From a virus: a DNA stretch of 64,000 nucleotides. A program made the translations under genes and the position numbers. Shown here piece by piece: positions 1-7,764 of this stretch. Numbering within the stretch: position 1 is the stretch's first letter; every line of letters starts with the position of its first letter. The notes beneath the pieces were generated by a model. That model was not told where the DNA came from. It did no database searches and was given only the letters and a program-made list of their open reading frames with translations. The stretch covers positions 1 to 64,000 of IMG/VR virus record IMGVR_UViG_3300042557_001040; one strand, given 5' to 3'.

Positions 1-2
1 TT

Positions 3-209
3 GGAGAGCATTTTTATTGTAGATATTGGGAAGAACCAAAAGCAATTGTAAAGTTTAATGGGGGTAAAGGAGCCTTGTTATGTTCTAAATGCAGTGCAAT
101 TGTAAAGGTAGGGAGTGAGTTTAATGAGGAAGAATCAAAATATATAAAAGGAGAAATAGATTATTTACCACCGCAGTATTGCAATAAATGTCGTCAAGTT
201 ATAAGCTGA
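3..209 (+). CDS. Partial (5' truncated) small Zn-finger phage protein
   Basis: Manual translation of frame 3: ...AIVKFNGGKGALLCSKC...PPQYCNKCRQVIS*; two CxxC pairs; not in the ORF track. Confidence 0.6.
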   Translation, partial: GEHFYCRYWEEPKAIVKFNGGKGALLCSKCSAIVKVGSEFNEEESKYIKGEIDYLPPQYCNKCRQVIS

Positions 210-312
210 CAAAAGACAATAAAAAGTAAAGCTATAAACTGACGATAATGTGTCATAAAAGACACAAATTGCACCCTTTTGGGTATTATATAACACATTA
301 AAAACCAAAAAA

Positions 313-690
313 ATGGAACAAATCCTTAGAGAAATTCAAAATTCAGAAAAAACTTATTACACAAAGGCTGAAATTGTTCATCTTATTAAGAGTTACATTC
401 CTAAAGTGTCAGCAAAAGTAGAATCTAAAGGTGTAACTGTTGATCTTGACACTTATGTTGTAACTTACAATGGTAAACAAAAAAGACTACCCCGCAAGGT
501 TGTACAGCTGGCTCATTATTTTATTGCAAATGAAGGTAAAACCCTTAAAAGAGATAAAATTTTAGATGCTATATGGGGGGATGATGTTATTGTAACAGAC
601 CGCACTGTTGACGTTCATGTCAGACTTATTAGAAAAAATCTTTTTAATGACTGCATAGAAACTGTCAAAGGACTAGGTTATAAATGGTAA
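313..690 (+). CDS. OmpR/PhoB-type winged-helix DNA-binding protein (Trans_reg_C) lacking a receiver domain
   Basis: KRDKILDAIWGDDVIVTDRTVDVHVRLIRK...IETVKGLGYKW matches the PhoB/OmpR effector-domain consensus; only about 35 aa precede it. Confidence 0.85.
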   Translation: MEQILREIQNSEKTYYTKAEIVHLIKSYIPKVSAKVESKGVTVDLDTYVVTYNGKQKRLPRKVVQLAHYFIANEGKTLKRDKILDAIWGDDVIVTDRTVDVHVRLIRKNLFNDCIETVKGLGYKW

Positions 691-694
691 ACAT

Positions 695-1279
695 ATGAAA
701 AAGTATGAAAAATTAGTTGTTCCTAAAGATTCTGCCTGGACTAGAAAAACCTGGAGAAAGTATGCTCCTATATGGGTGTTAGACATTGTAGATGGTATTA
801 CAAACATCTTTAAATGGTTGCCCACTATTTACAAAGACAGAAATTGGGATGATTATTATGTTTTAGAAATTTTACAGAAAAAAATAGAATTTCAGCGTGC
901 TTATTTGATACGTGCCAATAGACATGCTGGTATAGAAAATTGTAATTTTTGGATGACCACTGTTCTTAATCTTTTAGAAAGAGAAAACATGGAATACTAT
1001 TACATAGAATATCTTAATTCTTTTGAAAGTGAATTAACTTTTAATAAAACTGAAGAAGACACCTATAAAGTAGATGTGCATATTCTTAATGAAAGATACA
1101 GTGAGTATATTAATAAATATTCCAGAGTCGCTAAAAAATTGCTAAAAGAAAATCCTAAATTGCAGGGTGAAGTTAAAAGAAACAAACTATGCTTTGAAAT
1201 ATCTCTTTATAACCAAAAAAGATGTCGCCATTTATTATTTAAAATATTAGAAGAAAAAGGCGAAGCATGGTGGGATTAA
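695..1279 (+). CDS. Hypothetical phage protein
   Basis: 194-aa ORF, co-oriented and tightly packed; IYKDRNWD and terminal WWD motifs. Confidence 0.75.
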   Translation: MKKYEKLVVPKDSAWTRKTWRKYAPIWVLDIVDGITNIFKWLPTIYKDRNWDDYYVLEILQKKIEFQRAYLIRANRHAGIENCNFWMTTVLNLLERENMEYYYIEYLNSFESELTFNKTEEDTYKVDVHILNERYSEYINKYSRVAKKLLKENPKLQGEVKRNKLCFEISLYNQKRCRHLLFKILEEKGEAWWD

Positions 1280-1298
1280 TCATTTAAAAACATAAAAC

Positions 1299-1418
1299 AT
1301 GAGTTTTTTAGCTGTTTGTGCAATTATTTCTGTAATTATTGGTGTAGTTACACTTTATTATTTAGCAGTGGTTAAACCTGTAGATGATGAAATAAATGAA
1401 AAAACCCGTCGAAATTGA
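1299..1418 (+). CDS. Small single-pass membrane protein (39 aa)
   Basis: Manual translation MSFLAVCAIISVIIGVVTLYYLAVVKPVDDEINEKTRRN*; A-rich leader. Confidence 0.55.
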   Translation: MSFLAVCAIISVIIGVVTLYYLAVVKPVDDEINEKTRRN

Positions 1419-1427
1419 CGGGTTTTT
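1400..1427. terminator. Bidirectional intrinsic terminator
   Basis: AAAAACCCGTC-GAAATT-GACGGGTTTTT hairpin between convergent genes. Confidence 0.8.
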
Positions 1428-1444
1428 ACTTTTGTGTGTGTAAT

Positions 1445-1678
1445 TTAAACTGTACCTGAGATATCAGACTTGATAGCCTCAAGACCATCAATTACTGCTT
1501 GAAGTTGCTCAGGAGTGGGAGCTGCATCTACCATAGCTTGAAGTTCAGTAATTTGTGCTTCAAGACCTTCAATGGTGGTCTTTTGACCTTCCAAAAGAGC
1601 TGCAATTTGCTCTTGTTCTGCATCCACTGTAGACTGAAGATCTACCAGTTTAGCCTCTAATTCTGCAATTGTTGCCAT
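1445..1678 (-). CDS. Small acidic coiled-coil protein (77 aa; likely start MATIAELE)
   Basis: Heptad-rich sequence; ATG at 1678 preceded by A-rich leader; own promoter-like motif at 1766-1780. Confidence 0.75.
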   Translation of the reverse strand: MATIAELEAKLVDLQSTVDAEQEQIAALLEGQKTTIEGLEAQITELQAMVDAAPTPEQLQAVIDGLEAIKSDISGTV

Positions 1679-1764
1679 AATTTTGTTTAATTTAATGGTT
1701 AAAGAATGAAAAAACTTTTTAGGGAATTGGTATATTTTAAAGTGGAACATAATGGTGGGGTTTA

Positions 1765-1783
1765 TATAAATAATATACGAAAA
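1765..1783 (-). promoter_or_regulatory. Putative phage late promoter motif (GTATATTAT)
   Basis: Similar motif upstream of - strand units at about 20300, 57065 and 62910. Confidence 0.45.
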
Positions 1784-1800
1784 CTAAACTAAATTACCAA

Positions 1801-2181
1801 ATGAGTCACCCCTATCATCACGCACTTTCTAGTCAAAAAAAACATAGCGGAAAGTGGGAAGATTATATAGACATTCACAACTGGTTTGATGAAACCAAGG
1901 CACATTATCCTGACATGAGACACAGAGCCCTCAGACATCATGCAGAAGGCATATTTTGGTGTGAAGAGAAATTTGGGGTGGTAATTACTAATTCTGATGG
2001 TAAACAAGTTCCTGTAAGAATCATTGCAGAACAGCATTTACTGGAGGATATAGGATGGATACCCACTATCAAAGACTATCTTGACAACATGTCTCAAGAA
2101 GGATGGATGTATAAACCTGGAGAAGGTAGAAAAATCTTAAAAGAAATTAAAGAACAAAAATTAGATTTTATTAAAAACTAA
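1801..2181 (+). CDS. DUF6915-like His-rich protein
   Basis: HPYHHALSS...IHNWFDETK...HRALRHHAEGIF...AEQHLLEDIG matches my recollection of DUF6915. Confidence 0.75.
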   Translation: MSHPYHHALSSQKKHSGKWEDYIDIHNWFDETKAHYPDMRHRALRHHAEGIFWCEEKFGVVITNSDGKQVPVRIIAEQHLLEDIGWIPTIKDYLDNMSQEGWMYKPGEGRKILKEIKEQKLDFIKN

Positions 2182-2185
2182 AACA

Positions 2186-2914
2186 ATGGAAAAACAAATG
2201 TCAACATTGGACTGGCTCATGGAGCAGTCTGAACAAGGTAGAACATTAGAAATTGTATGGGAAGGTGGTGGAGATTCAGGATGGGTGCATTTTGAAATAG
2301 ATGGTGAAAATTATGAAAATGTATATACAGAACATCTTGTAGACTACATGCATGACACGCTTAATTATGGTGGTTGGGCTGGTGAGTTTCAAGCATCTGG
2401 TAGAGCAGAGTTCAATCCCAAAACTAAATGTTTTGAGGGTACAGATTATTATACAGAAGATGAAACTATTACTATTGACACTAAAATAGATGTTTTGATT
2501 CCCGATGATCTGTGGTTTGATTCTGTCTCACTTAATCTTGATGGAAATTATGATGAAGATGTTATTTGTGAGGCAAGGTTTACTATAAAGAATGGATTTA
2601 TGACATCTAAACATGAAGATTGTCTATCACAATTGGAAAAAGTTATTTCAGAAAAAGCAAATAAAGAAATCTTAAACTATTTAAACACAACTAGTAGTGA
2701 TATTAGGGGATGTTGGGATAATTTTCGCATTCCTTTTTCTGAATTTAACAAAGATGACAATCCTGGTTTTCTTACACACACTATTCTTGAACTTTCTGTA
2801 GGTGTTCTTAATGAAAACGACAAACCTGTTTGTTTAGATTTGAATGAAGAAGGTTGCTCATGGGTAAATAATCTTGTAAATGAAAAAGGAGAAATTGAAG
2901 ATGAAACAGTATAA
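2186..2914 (+). CDS. DUF6878-like acidic protein
   Basis: N-terminal WEGGGDSG motif; directly follows DUF6915, the pairing I recall for these families; very Asp/Glu rich. Confidence 0.6.
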   Translation: MEKQMSTLDWLMEQSEQGRTLEIVWEGGGDSGWVHFEIDGENYENVYTEHLVDYMHDTLNYGGWAGEFQASGRAEFNPKTKCFEGTDYYTEDETITIDTKIDVLIPDDLWFDSVSLNLDGNYDEDVICEARFTIKNGFMTSKHEDCLSQLEKVISEKANKEILNYLNTTSSDIRGCWDNFRIPFSEFNKDDNPGFLTHTILELSVGVLNENDKPVCLDLNEEGCSWVNNLVNEKGEIEDETV

Positions 2915-3644
2915 AAATTATAGATACACAGTGAATAGTCAAGAAGACTTTTCACTTACAGAAGCTTTAAAGCTTTGGAAAACAAAGTTTTCTGATTATA
3001 AAGATTTTGAAAAAGAGGTTATCACCAACCCCAGTCTTAATGATTTTAATGATTTTGTAAAATCTGTGTGGGATGAAATTATTCCTGTCACTGTTGAAGA
3101 TGCATTAAAACAAGAGAACGTAGAAACCAGGCGTACATACTTTGATGCTATTGGTGTAGAGACATTGTTCAAATCTTTAGAACCAAAACTCTTGGATAAA
3201 CAAGTTATTAGAAAAACAAGAGTGAGGTGGGATGATGAATATACAGAAAAAGATCATGTCTTTGAAGATGTTTATGAACTTTATGAAATAGAAGGAAGTA
3301 AACTGTTTGAAAAAGATAGTTGGGGTAATAGTCCTGACTCTGCATATGCTGTAAGATGTTGGTGTACAACAACCAATCGTGAATATTGGTTATATGTACC
3401 CAAAGAAGCAGCATTAGGAAGTCAGTGGTGGCGTATATCTGAACAATCAAAACCAGATGCTATTAGAGCAATTGCTTGGACAGTTAGGGTGGATGTACCA
3501 GAAGAAGATATAGAAAGAATATATAGACAAGGTGATATTATTGTAGTGAAGCTAAAAGATGAAGCTAAATCTACAACATCTACTTGGAGACCATATCATC
3601 TTTCTAAAGAAAATTATCTAACTTTGATGTATTCAGAAACTTAA
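2901..3644 (+). CDS. DUF6745-like protein
   Basis: NVETRR, AVRCWCTTTNREYWLYVP, AIAWT and terminal ET motifs. Confidence 0.65.
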   Translation: MKQYKNYRYTVNSQEDFSLTEALKLWKTKFSDYKDFEKEVITNPSLNDFNDFVKSVWDEIIPVTVEDALKQENVETRRTYFDAIGVETLFKSLEPKLLDKQVIRKTRVRWDDEYTEKDHVFEDVYELYEIEGSKLFEKDSWGNSPDSAYAVRCWCTTTNREYWLYVPKEAALGSQWWRISEQSKPDAIRAIAWTVRVDVPEEDIERIYRQGDIIVVKLKDEAKSTTSTWRPYHLSKENYLTLMYSET

Positions 3645-3646
3645 TT

Positions 3647-4168
3647 ATGAGTAGTAAACTAATTGGTCATGTAGGAGTTGATTCAGGTCAGCTCCTACTT
3701 TGTGACCCATGTTATATAGACAGTGAATGGACTGTAGAAGATTTTGATGATCTTAGAAAATACCAACATAAAGACACTAAACGTGTTTTACAATATCTTA
3801 AAGATTTTGTAAACTATCAAGAACCAATGGAAGAATTTGGTGATAAAAATATGAATCAGTTGTTAGCTACAGGAGAATGGGAAGAGCTTCCATATGGTCC
3901 ACCAAAACATCAATTCAGTTATAATGCTTGTGCTAAAGCAACATTATCAGAAGATGGACATGGACAGCTTAACTATAATCTTGGTCATCCAGGAGTAGGT
4001 GTAGCATTTAGCACAGCTTTTGGTGATGGATACTATCCTGTATATGCACACTATGATGCTGAAGGTATATTAAAAAGTGTAGAAGTGTTATTTCAAGAAG
4101 AAAAAAATGAAGAAGAAGATGATAATGATTTTGTAACTTTTAATGAAGCCTCATATGGCCAAGATTGA
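3647..4168 (+). CDS. DUF4241-like protein
   Basis: VGVDSGQLLLCDP and STAFGDGYYPVY motifs. Confidence 0.7.
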   Translation: MSSKLIGHVGVDSGQLLLCDPCYIDSEWTVEDFDDLRKYQHKDTKRVLQYLKDFVNYQEPMEEFGDKNMNQLLATGEWEELPYGPPKHQFSYNACAKATLSEDGHGQLNYNLGHPGVGVAFSTAFGDGYYPVYAHYDAEGILKSVEVLFQEEKNEEEDDNDFVTFNEASYGQD

Positions 4169-4331
4169 TGAACCTATTAGAGAAATTCTAATAGACAATA
4201 TTATAGAAATGGCAGGAGATGAGTTTGAATCACGAAACTCTTGGATAGCTTTAGCTAAAAAATCAGATGAGGAGTTGGTTCTAGAAATGATTAACATAGC
4301 ACAATATTTTAGAAACCAAAACAATTGTTAA
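4143..4331 (+). CDS. Hypothetical protein
   Basis: Short ORF filling the gap in the operon (start may be MAKID at 4155). Confidence 0.6.
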   Translation: MKPHMAKIDEPIREILIDNIIEMAGDEFESRNSWIALAKKSDEELVLEMINIAQYFRNQNNC

Positions 4332-4334
4332 AAT

Positions 4335-4619
4335 ATGGGAAAGAAAAAAAAAGAGACACTTAATATGATTGTAGAAACAATCACTAGAAAACAAAAAGAA
4401 AATCTTTATAAAGACTTAGCTGTTATTAGACACTTGATAGATAAATCCATTTCTCATATTGGAAATATTGATACTGCTGATAATTTAGCTGAAGCTTCTT
4501 TTAAAGCAGGTAGAGCATATGATCCATTAGATGAAGCTATGGATAAATTAGTTGACATATTAGACAAAATGAGAGAAGATAATGATTTTGATCATTTTGA
4601 AGATCTTATTGAAGAATAA
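4335..4619 (+). CDS. Hypothetical protein
   Basis: 94-aa helical acidic ORF, tightly packed. Confidence 0.7.
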   Translation: MGKKKKETLNMIVETITRKQKENLYKDLAVIRHLIDKSISHIGNIDTADNLAEASFKAGRAYDPLDEAMDKLVDILDKMREDNDFDHFEDLIEE

Positions 4620-4639
4620 ACAATTTAAATTTAAAAACA

Positions 4640-4885
4640 ATGAGTAAAGCTAAAAGAATTGTTCTGGGAGAAGGAGAAATCATAGGACACAAACACATTC
4701 TAGAGTCTAAGACAGACATAGAATATTCTCAAAATGCAGATAGCATTACATTTATGCTTAATTCTATGGGTATTCTCACCCATGATGAGCATGATAAAAT
4801 GGTATTTAACAAGGGTAATTACAAATCGTACAATCAGGTGGAATACAACCCATTTGATAAAACAGTACAAAGAGTGTTTGACTAA
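4640..4885 (+). CDS. His-motif beta-strand protein, usual partner of DUF6745
   Basis: LGEGEIIGHKH...LTHDEH...GNYKSYNQVEYNPF matches the LAEGEVTGHxH...HEEH...G.Y...QREY family. Confidence 0.7.
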   Translation: MSKAKRIVLGEGEIIGHKHILESKTDIEYSQNADSITFMLNSMGILTHDEHDKMVFNKGNYKSYNQVEYNPFDKTVQRVFD

Positions 4886-5982
4886 TGAACAAAAGAGACC
4901 AAATCCAACAAGAAGCTTTAGACATTGCTCTAAAGCATAAAAGATGTGGTTTGGGAATAAGTATGGGAGTGGGTAAAACTCTCATAGGATTGAAATACAT
5001 CAACCATTTGCAAGAAAAAAATATGGGGAAGCTTAGGGTGCTCGTTGTAGCACCCAAGCTTTCTATATTTGATTCTTGGTCTTCTGACGCTGAAAAGTTT
5101 GGCATAAACCTAGGAGATGCTGAATTTACTACCTACTTGTCACTTAACAAGAAAAACCCACATAATTACGATTTACTTGTATTAGATGAATGTCATTCTC
5201 TTTTAGAATCACATCAAACATTCTTATGCGTATTTAACGGTAGAGTGTTGGGCTTGACAGGCACTCCTCCTAGGTATGGTAATTCAGAGAAGGGTAAAAT
5301 GGTGTACACTTATTGTCCCATCCTTTATAAATACATTACAGATGATGCTGTAGATGATGACATTCTTAATGATTACAGGATAGTTGTTCATAAACTAGAA
5401 CTTTCTGATGCAAATAACATCCCTGTTAATTTTAAAGACAAGAGCTTTTATACATCAGAAACTAAAAACTACAGGTATTGGACACAAAGAATCATGGATG
5501 CCTCAAGTAAAAAGCAAGAACAAATAGCAGCCATAATGAGGATGAAAGCATTAATGGATTATAAAACTAAAGAAGTTTATGCGAAGACTCTTTTAGCTGA
5601 CATACATGAAAAATGTATTGTTTTTGCAAATACACAAGATCAGGCTGATAGAATGTGTAGGCATTCTTATCATTCAAACAATTCTGATAGTGAGGACAAC
5701 TTGGAAATGTTTAAGAAAGGTAAAATCTTTGAGCTAAGCTGTGTTTTACAACTAAATGAAGGTGTAAACATTCCTAATTTAGGTGCTGGTATTATTATGC
5801 ATGCGTATGGTAATGAACGTAAGTCGTCCCAAAGAATTGGACGACTGCTTAGGCTCAATCCTACAGAAGTTGCTACAGTGCACATTTTATGCTATAAAGA
5901 TACAGCAGATGAAAGATGGGTGGCAGAAGCCTTAAAAGATTTTGATCAAACCAAGGTTAAATATTTTGACGTAAACACATGA
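4885..5982 (+). CDS. Superfamily 2 DEAD/DEAH-box helicase
   Basis: MGVGKT (Walker A), LDECH (motif II), LTGT (III), LNEGVNIP (V), QRIGRLLR (VI). Confidence 0.93.
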   Translation: MNKRDQIQQEALDIALKHKRCGLGISMGVGKTLIGLKYINHLQEKNMGKLRVLVVAPKLSIFDSWSSDAEKFGINLGDAEFTTYLSLNKKNPHNYDLLVLDECHSLLESHQTFLCVFNGRVLGLTGTPPRYGNSEKGKMVYTYCPILYKYITDDAVDDDILNDYRIVVHKLELSDANNIPVNFKDKSFYTSETKNYRYWTQRIMDASSKKQEQIAAIMRMKALMDYKTKEVYAKTLLADIHEKCIVFANTQDQADRMCRHSYHSNNSDSEDNLEMFKKGKIFELSCVLQLNEGVNIPNLGAGIIMHAYGNERKSSQRIGRLLRLNPTEVATVHILCYKDTADERWVAEALKDFDQTKVKYFDVNT

Positions 5983-6371
5983 GTTATCTAGCAGGTAAAT
6001 ATAAAAAACAAGATGGGTTGCTCAAGCCCCTTACATTAGCAGGAGTGAAGCAATATGAGCTCTATGTTTCTCATATCCCTGATGGAGCTATTGTTGATTT
6101 TTTCTATGAGGTGACGCATGATGATGGTACATTGCCACAGCTTGCCAAGCTTCATGTCATGATTAAACAATTGGCTACACACATAGGAGAAACTCCTGAG
6201 AACATGAAACTCCTTATAAAAGACAAAGCAGGATTGTGCATTGCCAGAGAGGTTTCTGGTAGAGAATACTTTTTAGCAAAAAGCTTTGGAGAATGTTCTA
6301 GAGAAGAATTATCTTTAGCTATACAGGCCGCTATACAAATAGGAGAAGATGTTAATTGTTTTCTAAATTAA
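5979..6371 (+). CDS. NinB/Orf-like recombination mediator
   Basis: TLPQLAKLH...IGETPENMK...KSFGECSREELSLAI resembles NinB-family pattern. Confidence 0.5.
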   Translation: MSYLAGKYKKQDGLLKPLTLAGVKQYELYVSHIPDGAIVDFFYEVTHDDGTLPQLAKLHVMIKQLATHIGETPENMKLLIKDKAGLCIAREVSGREYFLAKSFGECSREELSLAIQAAIQIGEDVNCFLN

Positions 6372-6654
6372 CAATATCATCTCCAATTTCTTCTTCATAA
6401 GTGTGACCCTCTTTTATGAGAGCTGATTCTATCTCTTTTATAAGAACAGTGAGGGTGTGTATGCTTTCCATCCATTGTTCAGAAAACTCCACTTTATTTT
6501 TTTCAAAGTCTTCAATTGCAAGTTTAAGTTGGTCTAAATCTTCAACAGATTTATCAGATATAAGATCTATCATAACTTTTTGAAGATTTTGTAGAAAACC
6601 TGTTCCAATTTTTATACTTACAATAGCGTCTGCCTTAATTTTAGTTATTTTCAT
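6352..6654 (-). CDS. Hypothetical protein (antisense to its neighbours)
   Basis: 100-aa ORF from ATG at 6654; TAAATTTG box just upstream on the - strand. Confidence 0.75.
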   Translation of the reverse strand: MKITKIKADAIVSIKIGTGFLQNLQKVMIDLISDKSVEDLDQLKLAIEDFEKNKVEFSEQWMESIHTLTVLIKEIESALIKEGHTYEEEIGDDIVNLENN

Positions 6655-6669
6655 TTTTAATTTTTGTAA

Positions 6670-6677
6670 CAAATTTA
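6670..6677 (-). promoter_or_regulatory. Bacteroidota sigmaA -7 box TAAATTTG
   Basis: Exact TAnnTTTG match ending about 15 nt upstream of ATG 6654. Confidence 0.55.
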
Positions 6678-6687
6678 ATCTAAAATT

Positions 6688-7389
6688 GTGACAAAACAAG
6701 TAGATCTAGAAGAAATAAAAAGCAAGATTATAGAAAAACTAGAGCCATCTGGATGGGCAAGCAAATTGAGAGGCTTTATCAAGAGCTCTGACTTTGATAA
6801 AATATTAAATATTTTATACAATTTAAGAAAAGAAGGTAAAAGATTTACTCCTCCACTTAAACATGTTTTTACAGCATTTGAAAAATGTCCTGTAAAAGGA
6901 CTAAGAGTGGTGGTAATAGGCCAAGACCCTTACCCATATATAAATGTGGCAGATGGTATGGCTTTTAGTTGCAGTATTACAAAGAAGGCTCAACCTAGTT
7001 TGAGATTTATCTTTGAAACTATAGATAAGACAAAAGATCATGATCCAGATCTCACCAGATGGGCTGATCAAGGAGTGCTTCTTTTAAATTCGGCACTCAC
7101 ATGTGAAATAGATAAAGTGGGCAGTCATGCAGCTATATGGAAAGACTTTATAGCTTATGTCATAGACATGCTTAATTTCACAGATAGTGGACTAGTATTT
7201 ATATTACTAGGTTCTAAAGCACAAGAACTAGAACCTCTTATAGGGCCAAACCATTACATTCTAAAAGCTTCACATCCAGCATCTGCTGCACACAATGGCA
7301 CTTATGTTTGGGACTGTAAAGACATATGGAATGAAACAAACAGGCTTCTAGAAGGAAACTATGGTAAACAACTTAGAATTGATTGGTAA
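6688..7389 (+). CDS. ung: Uracil-DNA glycosylase, family 1
   Basis: VIGQDPYP, ADGMAFS, WADQGVLLLN and ASHPAS motifs. Confidence 0.95.
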   Translation: MTKQVDLEEIKSKIIEKLEPSGWASKLRGFIKSSDFDKILNILYNLRKEGKRFTPPLKHVFTAFEKCPVKGLRVVVIGQDPYPYINVADGMAFSCSITKKAQPSLRFIFETIDKTKDHDPDLTRWADQGVLLLNSALTCEIDKVGSHAAIWKDFIAYVIDMLNFTDSGLVFILLGSKAQELEPLIGPNHYILKASHPASAAHNGTYVWDCKDIWNETNRLLEGNYGKQLRIDW

Positions 7390-7406
7390 AATTAAAAGAT
7401 TTTAAA

Positions 7407-7760
7407 ATGGCAGTTAACAAAGTAGATTTAACAATTAGTCAATTAATCAATGACCTTAATGAAGGATTTACATGGCTTAAGAAAGATGATCTTGGCTATG
7501 GAAGTATAGAAGTAAAATATGGTGCTAATGAAAAGCAAATAGCTGCTATCAGAAAACATCCAGCACTTAAAGATGCAGAGACTAGTATTACAATCTTTAA
7601 CATTATAGACGACACTAAAAATGACAATACCACCAGTATTACCAAAGGATCGTCATCTAACGGGTCAAGTAATGCAGTGGAACAACCAAAGTTGGGTGTG
7701 GTTACCCCACTTACAGAAGTGGTATCCACTGACGCAGCAAACATCTTTGCAAATCTCTAA
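7407..7760 (+). CDS. Hypothetical protein
   Basis: 117-aa ORF from ATG at 7407, low-complexity C-terminal tail. Confidence 0.7.
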   Translation: MAVNKVDLTISQLINDLNEGFTWLKKDDLGYGSIEVKYGANEKQIAAIRKHPALKDAETSITIFNIIDDTKNDNTTSITKGSSSNGSSNAVEQPKLGVVTPLTEVVSTDAANIFANL

Positions 7761-7764
7761 TAAT

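Noticed and set aside
7621-7764. ORF-track start of the AAA ATPase at 7621
   Set aside because: It overlaps the upstream gene by 140 nt; ATG 7765 follows that gene's stop and is more plausible.
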